Below are positions 54,944 to 63,999 of a stretch of 64,000 nt of DNA, one piece after another; position 1 is the stretch's first letter, and each line of letters begins with the position of its first letter. Origin of the DNA: a virus (taxonomy: Duplodnaviria; Caudoviricetes). The notes beneath the pieces are model-generated. The model did not search any database. It was not told the origin of the DNA and worked only from the letters and a program-made list of their open reading frames with translations. Made by a program: the position numbers and the translations under genes. The stretch spans positions 8,159 to 72,158 of IMG/VR virus record IMGVR_UViG_3300002026_001699. The stretch is one strand, 5' to 3'.

Positions 54944-56892
54944 AATATTTCTTCAACCTCTTTTTTATCATGTTCAATAATATCTTTATAACCATAATCA
55001 TAATATATTTTTAATCTATCTTTTGAATGTTTATGCAAAATCTTATTTGTATTATCCATAAAATCATGAATATCAACTTCTTTCTTTGTTTCTGTAATAC
55101 GAGTTCCTCTACCAACTCTTTGAAGTGTTTTCGTAAATGAAGCACCCCCTCCTGCAAGAATAACATGATTTATATTATCAATAGAAATACCCTCATCAAA
55201 AATTGTAGAAGCTATTAATATAAAATCTTCACCATTATCAAATCTTTTTGTAATACTTTCTCTTTCCTTATCTTCAATATCACCAAATAAAAATTGTGAG
55301 TTTGGAATTAATTTCTGCAACTCCTGTCCTTGTTCAATTCTCTTACAAAGAATAAGAACTTGACCTGTTACAGACATGGCTAATTTACTGATAAATTTGT
55401 TTCTTTGAGCATTCTTAACTATGCCATGATTTTCTGCACCTTGCCACCCATATTCGTCTAATCCACCTGGTTTGTCAATTGGCCAAATATGAATTTTAGG
55501 TCTTGCAATTTGTTGATTATCTAATAACTCTTCAGGTTTAACGTTGTATATTATCCCACCAAGCCACATTTTAACTTGAGCATTCTTCCATTTATCCATT
55601 GGAGCTGGTGAAAGTGGTGTAGCAGAAAAACCAAATCTATATCTGAAAATATTACTATTCAATGTCTCTTGATATTGAACGGCAGATACGCGGTGGCATT
55701 CATCCGTAATAACCATTTTATAATCATTTCTTTTTAATTTATGAGCTGATTGAATTGTTGCCATGATAACTTGATGGTCTTCATCTAAATGATTCCCTTG
55801 AACAATTCCTGCATCTATACCAGCAGCCTTCATTCTCTTTAATGTTTGTTGGGCTAAAGCAATACGTGAGAAAAATATAATAGTTGGAATATTTGTTAAT
55901 TTACAAAGTGAAAGAAACATTTCTGTATTATGACTTAATATATTGTTTGTATAAAATGAATGTGTATTTTCTACTTGTAAATCATAACAATTTTCAATAT
56001 TTAATTTTTGAGATTCAATATTTGTAATATTATTGTGCCATATTAAAACATTTCCAAAACCATTTATTGTTTTAACTTTATCAATTTTTCCATCTATATC
56101 TTTTAAATATTTCCATCCTGAATCTGTTAAAACTCTATGTTCTAAAACACCTTTAATTAAATATTTTTCTTTGGTTTTTGGGTCTTGAACAATAACAAAT
56201 ATAACTTCTCTTTTATTTGTTTTATATAAACCACTAACTTTTTCAAATCCATTTTCAGATTTAACTTTTAAAGATTTTGGTGCTATCCAAGTATTTTCAT
56301 CTTGATAATATCTAAGTTTATCAAATAATTCTTTTATTTTTATTTTTTTTCTAATTACTTTTAAAGATTCATTCCAAGGATTAATGTCATTGCTGTCAAA
56401 TTCTATTTCTATTTCAGTATCTCCAACAACACATTTTCCACTTCCTGTAGGGGATTTTATTATTCCTGACCCTTCATTTAAACAAGATTTAATTGCTTCT
56501 ACTTGATAAGGGTAAAGAGTTAAATAACCTAAAGATTCTGCTATCTCAGCATCTGATAATACTAATTCTTTATCTTCTGTTCCATTCCAATTAATTAGAA
56601 GATTACCATTATGAGGTCTATTATCATAAAATTTATATTTAGCTTTAAGTCTTAAAAGCCAAACTTCTAAATCTTGTTTAAAACCAATTGGGAGGAGTCC
56701 AACTGTTGGGTATTTCTTTTTTCTTATTAAAACTTTTCGTTGTTTTATTTTTTCTTTTTTAAATTTTCCATAAACAAAACACTCTGAATAATCTTGATAT
56801 GTAAAAAATTCACTTAACTTATCAAGGTCATCAGGAGCGGCTTCTACTGTCATGAAGCGATTATCGTCTATAGTAATTTTCATTACTATCAT
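54940..56892 (-). CDS. uvsW: UvsW-like SF2 helicase with mini-intein
   Basis: LYPYQ, PTGSGK|C...SHN|T, DECH, GFSATP, STIFDEGISI, QRVGRGTR. Confidence 0.88.
   Translation of the reverse strand: MIVMKITIDDNRFMTVEAAPDDLDKLSEFFTYQDYSECFVYGKFKKEKIKQRKVLIRKKKYPTVGLLPIGFKQDLEVWLLRLKAKYKFYDNRPHNGNLLINWNGTEDKELVLSDAEIAESLGYLTLYPYQVEAIKSCLNEGSGIIKSPTGSGKCVVGDTEIEIEFDSNDINPWNESLKVIRKKIKIKELFDKLRYYQDENTWIAPKSLKVKSENGFEKVSGLYKTNKREVIFVIVQDPKTKEKYLIKGVLEHRVLTDSGWKYLKDIDGKIDKVKTINGFGNVLIWHNNITNIESQKLNIENCYDLQVENTHSFYTNNILSHNTEMFLSLCKLTNIPTIIFFSRIALAQQTLKRMKAAGIDAGIVQGNHLDEDHQVIMATIQSAHKLKRNDYKMVITDECHRVSAVQYQETLNSNIFRYRFGFSATPLSPAPMDKWKNAQVKMWLGGIIYNVKPEELLDNQQIARPKIHIWPIDKPGGLDEYGWQGAENHGIVKNAQRNKFISKLAMSVTGQVLILCKRIEQGQELQKLIPNSQFLFGDIEDKERESITKRFDNGEDFILIASTIFDEGISIDNINHVILAGGGASFTKTLQRVGRGTRITETKKEVDIHDFMDNTNKILHKHSKDRLKIYYDYGYKDIIEHDKKEVEEIL
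55927..56433 (-). mobile_element. Contiguous mini-intein (169 aa, no endonuclease)
   Basis: CVVGDTEIEIEFD...EHRVLT...YDLQV...ILSHN; Thr +1. Confidence 0.9.
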
Positions 56893-56909
56893 CTATTGTT
56901 GTGCTCCTA

Positions 56910-57146
56910 TTAATCTGCTAATTCATTTAGTAAATTTGCTCTTTCAACTCTAATTTCTTTTACACCTTCCATTACACTATTAATAACTTTTCCTCTAATA
57001 AACTTTTGTAGCTTTTCATATTGAACTTCTAAATCTGCATCATCTTTTACATCCATTTCAATTTCTATATTATCTGTTTGTTCAACTGGATTAAATTGTG
57101 TTGCTTGAACCTTGGCTGAAAACTGTGTTGAAATCTTTACTTTCAT
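56910..57146 (-). CDS. Hypothetical protein
   Basis: 78 aa ORF with AGGAG RBS. Confidence 0.55.
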   Translation of the reverse strand: MKVKISTQFSAKVQATQFNPVEQTDNIEIEMDVKDDADLEVQYEKLQKFIRGKVINSVMEGVKEIRVERANLLNELAD

Positions 57147-57159
57147 AATGTATCTCCTT

Positions 57160-57318
57160 TTATGAATATTTTTTCTTTAATGTATTTATTTCTCGTTCTA
57201 TCTTGTCAAGAACAAAAACAATATCATCAATTTTATCTCTATTTTTATTTTTAATAAAAAAAATCACTATACTTAAAATTATATTTAAACATAAAGATGC
57301 TAATAAAAATAAAAACAT
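57160..57318 (-). CDS. 52-aa single-TM protein
   Basis: Manual translation MFLFLLASLCLNIILSIVIFFIK...; GGGG RBS. Confidence 0.45.
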   Translation of the reverse strand: MFLFLLASLCLNIILSIVIFFIKNKNRDKIDDIVFVLDKIEREINTLKKKYS

Positions 57319-57327
57319 ATTCTTCCC

Positions 57328-57534
57328 CTAATTTTTCTTAAATGTAAATATCACTTGATATATTTTTTCATCTTCTTTTTTTTTGAATTTATTTATTAAT
57401 TTCTCAAAAGGAGATGAAGAAAGTTCATCAATAATTGTTTCAACTTCATAGCCATCTACTGTAATATCTGTATGAAACAAATCTACAATTTCTTGGGGAT
57501 ATTTAGCTAAAATTTCTTGAATATTTTTTTCCAT
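57328..57534 (-). CDS. Hypothetical protein
   Basis: 68 aa ORF. Confidence 0.5.
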   Translation of the reverse strand: MEKNIQEILAKYPQEIVDLFHTDITVDGYEVETIIDELSSSPFEKLINKFKKKEDEKIYQVIFTFKKN

Positions 57535-57535
57535 A

Positions 57536-57787
57536 TTAGCTCCCTAAATAACATGCTTCTTCTTCCCAATTATTACATGATTCACACCAGTGTCTATTAT
57601 CATATATTTGAAATATAAAATAAAAACATAAACAACTAAATAAAATATCCAAACCAGCATGGTCTCTTTTCCAAGACCATGAGACACTAAAATCAAAAAT
57701 AGAAGTGCTATCTTCTGCCCAGCCTATTTGAAGATTAAAATATTTATGTCCAATTATTTTGCCTTCTTTATAAATCCAATCTTTCAT
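57536..57787 (-). CDS. Hypothetical protein
   Basis: 83 aa; DHAG...YDNRHWC. Confidence 0.5.
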   Translation of the reverse strand: MKDWIYKEGKIIGHKYFNLQIGWAEDSTSIFDFSVSWSWKRDHAGLDILFSCLCFYFIFQIYDNRHWCESCNNWEEEACYLGS

Positions 57788-58335
57788 TTAATTAAATCCC
57801 AATTATCTTGTCTATGGCTCATATATTCTATTATCTCCTCTTCTGACCATGGTTTATAATTATGAAACTCAATATTTACATTAAGAGCTTTGCCAACAAC
57901 TTTATTTTCTAATTCCTGCCATCCATTAGATTTCATATGGTGGTGTCCAAATAATTGCCATGAATTATAATGACTTTTGTTCCATGTTATCATTGGGTAA
58001 TGACAAAGAATAACTGAATTATCACCAATTTTTGTTTCACTGATTGATGAAATTGATGAACAATTCTTTTTAAATTGTTCCCAACCTTTTTCATGATTTC
58101 CTAATATCCAATGAAATTTAACATCCTTTGGAAATCTTTCAAAAAACTTGAATGTTGTTTCGTGACTCCAAGATAAATCTCCTAAAAAGAAAAATTCATC
58201 CTTTGGTTTTAAAGGAGAAATTATATTTGTTATAATTGTTTCATCCATTTGTTCTATACTCTCAAATGGTCTATCTGAAAATTTTATAACTCCTGTATGT
58301 GAAAGGTGCCAGTCCGATGAAAAGTATTTACTCAT
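57784..58335 (-). CDS. Calcineurin-like metallophosphoesterase
   Basis: SDWH, LGD, GNHE, CHYP, GHHH; start trimmed to MSKYF. Confidence 0.88.
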   Translation of the reverse strand: MSKYFSSDWHLSHTGVIKFSDRPFESIEQMDETIITNIISPLKPKDEFFFLGDLSWSHETTFKFFERFPKDVKFHWILGNHEKGWEQFKKNCSSISSISETKIGDNSVILCHYPMITWNKSHYNSWQLFGHHHMKSNGWQELENKVVGKALNVNIEFHNYKPWSEEEIIEYMSHRQDNWDLIK

Positions 58336-58537
58336 ATTACTATATATGCAAAAAAAAAGGAAAAGAATAAACTGCATGAAATTTAAATACATAAGAAATC
58401 TTATAGTTTTAAGTTTTTAACTTTAAAAAACGTATCAAACTCTTTTAGTTTATTATAAGTTTTAATTCGTCTGATATCATTTTCACCTTTGATATAATCT
58501 GTATTCAATAACAATTAGTCTATTCTTTTCCTAAAAT

Positions 58538-58978
58538 TTAAATTTCTGTTTGCCAGTTAGACTTTTGAAGTTCTTTATCCGTCTTCCTTCTCTCATTTTC
58601 AAGTCTTTCAAGTTCTGTTTTAATTTCATTAAAATCAAAAGCCTTTATTTGAACAACAACTTCATCACTATAACCAATTGTTCCATGCTTTTTCCATGAA
58701 AGGAGAGCAGTCATTATGTTTGTATAAGTTACTATTTCTTCATCAAGATATTTTAACTTTTGGAGCTTTTCAATATTAACTCTATTAGCAGTATCAATCT
58801 TAACGTTAAGGTCAAAAAGTTCATTATGGAGAATTTTTAATTCTTCAAGTTTTTTTACTGCATCAAACTGAACTTCACTTCCTTCTTGAAAAATAATTAC
58901 TGTTTGTAATTCTGTCCAAGTTCTTTGTATCTTTTTCTTTAAATCATTTCTTTCCATGAATGATTCTTGTAGTGTCAT
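58538..58978 (-). CDS. Coiled-coil hypothetical protein
   Basis: MTLQESFMERNDLKKKI...LQKSNWQT. Confidence 0.55.
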   Translation of the reverse strand: MTLQESFMERNDLKKKIQRTWTELQTVIIFQEGSEVQFDAVKKLEELKILHNELFDLNVKIDTANRVNIEKLQKLKYLDEEIVTYTNIMTALLSWKKHGTIGYSDEVVVQIKAFDFNEIKTELERLENERRKTDKELQKSNWQTEI

Positions 58979-59226
58979 AAATCCTCCTCTATAAACCTTA
59001 ATCCATTATAATCTTCTGTTTCAACTTTTCCAAAAAATTCTTGTAAAGGTCTTACCCATACTTTAGAATCTTGAAGTGATTTATAAATAACCATTGGTTT
59101 TTGGTCTTCAGCATTGAATGCTGAACCAATTATTTCATATAACCCACCTTTAAAATGTCTATATCTTGATTTCTTTATCTCAAGTTCAAAACTAAGTGTT
59201 TCTTCCATATTTTTTCTCCATCTCAT
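58975..59226 (-). CDS. DUF1653-like protein
   Basis: YRHFKGGLY...MVIYKSL...WVRP..EF. Confidence 0.8.
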   Translation of the reverse strand: MRWRKNMEETLSFELEIKKSRYRHFKGGLYEIIGSAFNAEDQKPMVIYKSLQDSKVWVRPLQEFFGKVETEDYNGLRFIEEDL

Positions 59227-59770
59227 TTATTTCATCAACATATACTTTTATTTCATTCCAATCTTCTGCATCAAAGGCTACCATGTTTTCATTAAAAGGA
59301 TAATTCATTTTAATTTGCCATCTGCAAGAATTATTTACTAAAAACTCTGGGCAATCATCAATAATAATATCACCATGTAATAAATATTTATATTTTGTAA
59401 AAATGATCTTATTTACATCAAAAAATGGTAGGTGATGTTCTACCCATCTTCTTTTTTCTAAATAACACTCTGGTGCATCAACCCAAGGAGCGGTTACAAT
59501 ATACACATCATGTTTTTTATACAAGTCTTCCATAACTCTTGCTGCATTCTCATAAATAGGAATACTCTTCCAAAAACCAGGAATATTAAAAATCTGGCAT
59601 TTTCTTTCTTTTTCAACTTCAATATCAGTTCCTATTAAAGTATCAAGTTGATAGTTAGTTAAATTTTCCCTTTTTAAACCAGGATCTATATTAAATATAT
59701 TATTATAGTAATCATTATATGTCACATATAGTTTATTTAAAGTGTGATCCATATCAACAAAAATTTTCAT
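59192..59770 (-). CDS. 5'(3')-deoxyribonucleotidase (HAD, NT5C-like)
   Basis: FVDMDHTL, IVTAP, EKRRWV, IIIDD. Confidence 0.88.
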   Translation of the reverse strand: MKIFVDMDHTLNKLYVTYNDYYNNIFNIDPGLKRENLTNYQLDTLIGTDIEVEKERKCQIFNIPGFWKSIPIYENAARVMEDLYKKHDVYIVTAPWVDAPECYLEKRRWVEHHLPFFDVNKIIFTKYKYLLHGDIIIDDCPEFLVNNSCRWQIKMNYPFNENMVAFDAEDWNEIKVYVDEINEMEKKYGRNT

Positions 59771-59858
59771 CAGTTATCTCCATTAGTGTTATTAAATATG
59801 CATTCTATGTATATAAAATTGTAAAGATAATATAAATACAAGAACATAAGGAGATAAA

Positions 59859-60824
59859 ATGGACACAATTTTTATTTATTTAATTCTAACAGGCATCATT
59901 TTAGTAATAGTAAGCCCTATAATAATGCTTGTAAAATATGCAAAAAACAAGTTAAAAAAGAAAAAAAAGACAATAATATCTTTACCTTTAACTCAATCTT
60001 TCCAAACTGCAACAGTTAGCAAAGTTGATCAATCTTACCCAAATATTATAGTTAAAAGTGCTGATCATATATTATATGAAGAATTTATGAAAGAATACGA
60101 CTCTGGTGGATTCAAATTTGAAAATGTAAATTATAGAAAAGGAGCCAAAAATACTTGTCCTTTTGGCATCTCAGAAGGTTTTAAAATTATTAATAAAAAA
60201 ATGGAATGGGGATATGTTAGACTTCATACTGGTGTTGATAGAGCCAGAGGTGGTGAAACAAATAATACAAAGGATGTTGTTATTTGTCCATTTAATTTCA
60301 ATAGATCTAATATTGTTGAATATAAAGATAGAAATGGTAAATATACCAGTTATGGAACGTTGATAACCCTTTATAATGATAAATATCAGTTTGCAATGAA
60401 AATAGCTCACATGGATCCTAAAAAGGATATTGTTCCTTGGTCATTAGAAAGATTAAAAAAAGGCTCAAGTTTTGAAAGAGATTGGGTCCTTGGATCTGCT
60501 GGAACATGCGGTGATTCATCAGGTGCTCATACTCATACTGAATTTATTTCATTAGATGATTCTTGCGAGGTTTTTGATATATTATTAGAAGAAAAGTATG
60601 GTGATAAAGTATTGGTAGAATATAGTAAAACAGAAATATTAAATGAATATAGAAAACAAATACATTTTAAAGATGCAAGTGATAGTGTTATTTTAAAAGA
60701 TTGGGATGCTGTTAAAACAGATAGAGGTGCAACATTTGTAAATAAATATAAGTATAAATATCAACCTTATGGAGGAGCAAAATGCACAAGATATTCTTCA
60801 GAGTTGCTTTTTAATGGTTTATGA
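59859..60824 (+). CDS. M23 peptidase with N-terminal TM (candidate lysin)
   Basis: LHTGVD (HxxxD), YGTLI, AH, SSGAHTH (HxH). Confidence 0.8.
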   Translation: MDTIFIYLILTGIILVIVSPIIMLVKYAKNKLKKKKKTIISLPLTQSFQTATVSKVDQSYPNIIVKSADHILYEEFMKEYDSGGFKFENVNYRKGAKNTCPFGISEGFKIINKKMEWGYVRLHTGVDRARGGETNNTKDVVICPFNFNRSNIVEYKDRNGKYTSYGTLITLYNDKYQFAMKIAHMDPKKDIVPWSLERLKKGSSFERDWVLGSAGTCGDSSGAHTHTEFISLDDSCEVFDILLEEKYGDKVLVEYSKTEILNEYRKQIHFKDASDSVILKDWDAVKTDRGATFVNKYKYKYQPYGGAKCTRYSSELLFNGL

Positions 60825-61105
60825 AAAATATTAATGAAATCGAAGCTTTCCATATATATGAATTATTTGATAATAATGGAAATCATTACAATAGAATACA
60901 TATCCCACTTATATTATATAAAAAAGATTCAGCTACATGGGGATTTTCATCTTCAACCAGTAATAGAAAAACAATGATATATAGAAATGAATATTCAGAT
61001 TCAAAGTTTAATAAAAATAAAATTGTTCTTTTTAAAGAGTTATCTCCAGAAGATATAGATTCTAATTTATTATACTCTACTATTATACATATATTTTTAG
61101 ATTAA
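60821..61105 (+). CDS. Hypothetical protein
   Basis: ATGA-coupled to the peptidase. Confidence 0.5.
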   Translation: MKNINEIEAFHIYELFDNNGNHYNRIHIPLILYKKDSATWGFSSSTSNRKTMIYRNEYSDSKFNKNKIVLFKELSPEDIDSNLLYSTIIHIFLD

Positions 61106-61128
61106 AAAAGGAGCAATGCTCCTTTTTT
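61104..61128. terminator. Bidirectional terminator between convergent genes
   Basis: AAAAAAGGAGC-AAT-GCTCCTTTTTT. Confidence 0.85.
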
Positions 61129-61129
61129 A

Positions 61130-61351
61130 TTATCTTGAAGATCTTCCTGTTTCCAAGGTTTCTGCTTCTTTGCTTTTTAGATGACTTTTTCTAATAGCAC
61201 TTTTAAGCTTCTCTCTTTTTACTACAGATGGTTTCCTATAATATCTTCTTTCTTTATATTCCTTAAGAATACCTTCTTCATCTACCTTTTTCTTAAATCT
61301 TCTCAACGCTCGTTCAAGATTTTCTTTTTCACCAACAGTGACTGATGCCAT
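61130..61351 (-). CDS. rpsU: 30S ribosomal protein S21
   Basis: ENLERALRRFKKKV...GIL...RRYYRKPS. Confidence 0.92.
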   Translation of the reverse strand: MASVTVGEKENLERALRRFKKKVDEEGILKEYKERRYYRKPSVVKREKLKSAIRKSHLKSKEAETLETGRSSR

Positions 61352-61354
61352 AAC

Positions 61355-61525
61355 CTATTCCTTCTTTATTGTCTTGTTTTTAATAAGAATATTTAAAATA
61401 TCCTCATATTTTTCTTTTAAATTAACTTCAAGTTTTAAACCATTAACAAATAAAAATCCATCTTTATTTGTTCCAAAAGTATAATTTGGGAACTCTTCTT
61501 CTAGTTTATTCAAATTATCAAACAT
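61355..61525 (-). CDS. 56-aa hypothetical protein
   Basis: GAGG RBS; MFDNLNKLEEEFPNY... Confidence 0.45.
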   Translation of the reverse strand: MFDNLNKLEEEFPNYTFGTNKDGFLFVNGLKLEVNLKEKYEDILNILIKNKTIKKE

Positions 61526-61528
61526 CTT

Positions 61529-62047
61529 TTACCTCTTCATATAAACTGTTAAACTTGGCTTTCCATCACCATTTCCACAATGATCAATTTCATGTTGATG
61601 TTCAAAAGCTTCCATACCTTTAAATTTCTTTTTCATATGAACGAGAGTATTATTTACAATCATATCATAATGAACAATAACTTCTTTCCATCTTTTAACT
61701 TGTGCATGTTCTGTTAATGGATAAGAAAGACAACCCTCAAGATGAGAATTTCTTGAACCACTTCCTAGAAAATATTTTGCATTACAAAATAATTCATACT
61801 CTCCATTAATGTGTGCAAGATAAAATTTCTTTTTTATTCCAACTTGAGGGGCTGCAATACCAAGTCCAATATGTGCTGTTACTATTTTATTCATATCAGG
61901 AATTTGTTCCAAAATGAATGGAATGTCCTCATTAGTAACATTAGAACAAACTACACCTTCTACTTCTTCTTTAGGAACAAGATGAAGTTTTAAGTCTTTT
62001 AGTTCTTCGTTTATTAAATTTAATTTTTCTTCAATTTCTTTATTCAA
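61529..62047 (-). CDS. def: Peptide deformylase
   Basis: GLGIAAPQVG, EGCLS, QHEIDH. Confidence 0.93.
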   Translation of the reverse strand: MNKEIEEKLNLINEELKDLKLHLVPKEEVEGVVCSNVTNEDIPFILEQIPDMNKIVTAHIGLGIAAPQVGIKKKFYLAHINGEYELFCNAKYFLGSGSRNSHLEGCLSYPLTEHAQVKRWKEVIVHYDMIVNNTLVHMKKKFKGMEAFEHQHEIDHCGNGDGKPSLTVYMKR

Positions 62048-62066
62048 AATATCCTCTTTTAAGATG

Positions 62067-62163
62067 TGGAAGTAGAAAGGCGAATTATCTAATAATTATT
62101 TCATTGCCGGACTGTCTGACCAGTCCCTTAAAAGACGGGTGGGAATTACCCTCTCTACTTCCA
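62067..62163 (-). ncRNA. Candidate structured RNA or def leader
   Basis: GGAAGTAGAGAGG pairs with CCTTTCTACTTCC; internal GGACTG/CAGTCC hairpin; GC-rich intergenic island. Confidence 0.5.
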
Positions 62164-62170
62164 TATATAA

Positions 62171-63616
62171 CTATGCCGTTGCTTGATCACCTTTCTTCTT
62201 TTTAGAGGTTTTTTCTACTGGCTCACCAGATTCTACCTCTTGAACCTCTCTTGCAATAATCTCTTCAGCTTCCTTGTCTTCAACAACTTCATCAATTGCT
62301 TTTTCCATCATAAAAACAGAATCAAGACATTCCTGAATCAGATTCAAAAACCATTCATTCTTGCAAAACTCACCAAGCTGTTTCTCTCTCCACTTTCCAC
62401 TCTTGGATAAATCCTTTTCAATAATTTGATCATATGTTGATTTAAGTTTTTCATTCTTCCATGGTGTAAAAGCCCACCAACCAGTTGATGATTTACCCAT
62501 TTCTTTAGCAAGTAATTGAGCATCCCAATCCTTTTTTACAGGCGTAATCATTTCATAATCTCTAAGAATATCAAACAAACCTGCATAAGGATCTAGGCCT
62601 CTTTCCATATCAAGATCAAACTTTACTCTTTTACCCAAAGTTCCAAATCTTGATTTTACCATTTCGGCTCTAATCTTTATCATTGTAGCACCAAGAGCTG
62701 ATTTTTCAATTTCACTCTCAGCATTTACTTTAGCAAATCTAACTTCAGCAGATGGAGCATATTGAAGAATAGTTCCGCCTGTAACTTCTTTACTTGGACC
62801 ATATCCACCAATTGTAGAAGTAAGGTGACCAGTCATAACACAAGCAATATTCATCTTTTGCATCTTGCGAATATAAGATCTAAAGAACTCACGTGTTTGC
62901 TTTGCCTTATTACCCATATCAGCTCCACCTTTTTCATCAAGCTCACGATCTGTTGTAAGCATTGAGATAGAGTCAATAATCATAAGGACATTCTTTTTTG
63001 TTTTATTCTTTTCAACAATATCAATAACAAGTCCCATCTTTGCTTTTAATTCTTCAATAGTTGACATTGCTTGATAAAGTATTTTTGAAGAATCAATACC
63101 TAAAAAGTCTGCAAAGTCTTCACTAATACCACCACCTTCAGAATCAAAATAAACAATAAGATCAATTGTTGGTTCTCTCATCATAGAGAGAGCAATCATA
63201 CTGTTATGACTCAATATTCCATTTGTAAAATAAGCATGTGTTGGATCAACTCTAAAATCAAAAACATTACCATTATTTGCCTCAATAATTTCAATAATTT
63301 CTTGAGCTCCTGATAATGTAATAATCTTATCACCAATATTTAATTCTTTTAAATTTTTCCAAATAGGTTCTTTATTCTCAACATACTGCAAAAAAGTATG
63401 ATCATCTTTAACAACATTGAGAAAATAATCTTTTGTTTTTATAGTTGTAAGTTTTTCATCCTTACTTCTATAAACACCAGTTATTGGAAAATAACCTAAA
63501 TTTGTTGAAATTAATGGAGCAACTTCAAAAAATGAATTATCCTCATTTTTTAATGAGAGCCCTTCATAGTAAAAATCTACCATTTTCTTTTTTGTCTTTC
63601 TAATGTTTTTTATCAT
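62171..63616 (-). CDS. recA: RecA/UvsX C-fragment preceded by a long IntC (138 aa)
   Basis: GILSHN|SMIAL; YFDSEGG, IIDSISML, TGG...YAPS; Walker A absent and expected beyond the window. Confidence 0.88.
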   Translation of the reverse strand: MIKNIRKTKKKMVDFYYEGLSLKNEDNSFFEVAPLISTNLGYFPITGVYRSKDEKLTTIKTKDYFLNVVKDDHTFLQYVENKEPIWKNLKELNIGDKIITLSGAQEIIEIIEANNGNVFDFRVDPTHAYFTNGILSHNSMIALSMMREPTIDLIVYFDSEGGGISEDFADFLGIDSSKILYQAMSTIEELKAKMGLVIDIVEKNKTKKNVLMIIDSISMLTTDRELDEKGGADMGNKAKQTREFFRSYIRKMQKMNIACVMTGHLTSTIGGYGPSKEVTGGTILQYAPSAEVRFAKVNAESEIEKSALGATMIKIRAEMVKSRFGTLGKRVKFDLDMERGLDPYAGLFDILRDYEMITPVKKDWDAQLLAKEMGKSSTGWWAFTPWKNEKLKSTYDQIIEKDLSKSGKWREKQLGEFCKNEWFLNLIQECLDSVFMMEKAIDEVVEDKEAEEIIAREVQEVESGEPVEKTSKKKKGDQATA

Positions 63617-63628
63617 TCTTATAACTCC

Positions 63629-63999
63629 TCAAGTATTTTTTCATATAACTTTACATTATTTAATATAAATATAAAATCTTCATAATTATTCTTAATTATA
63701 TATGCTTTAGCAGCATCATTTTTAGCATACAGTTTGCCATTATTTAGTTCTTCATAATACCATTTATGTGTTCCTTTTAACTCAACCAAATATTTTTTAT
63801 TATTTTTTATTATTTCAAAATCTACAAAATATATTCTTGATTTTTCATCCCAAATATATTTTAATAAAGGTCCTCTTTTTATTAAGATTGATAATTCATA
63901 ACATTTTAGTATAAACTTTTCTTCAAATGAAGAATTTACAATAAATTGTTTGTTTTCAATAATTATTTTTCTACCCCATGTATTTTTAATTATTGATTT
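63629..63999 (-). mobile_element. 3' end of a TnsA-like endonuclease within the recA break (partial)
   Basis: Manual translation VNSSFEEKF...IKRGP...YFVDF...VELKG; TGA 63629-63631. Confidence 0.75.

Noticed and set aside
62067-62163. tRNA-Sec, FMN/SAM-I riboswitch or hammerhead
   Set aside because: GGAAG...CTTCC ends resemble tRNA-Sec, but there is no T-loop or UCA anticodon arm; riboswitch cores are incomplete; no CUGANGA
673-62965. Other short antisense or overlapping ORFs (e.g. 673, 1051, 2571, 9205, 13775, 19947, 26213, 35968, 38134, 40109, 42802, 54034, 62183)
   Set aside because: Fully overlap well-supported genes and have no recognisable motifs
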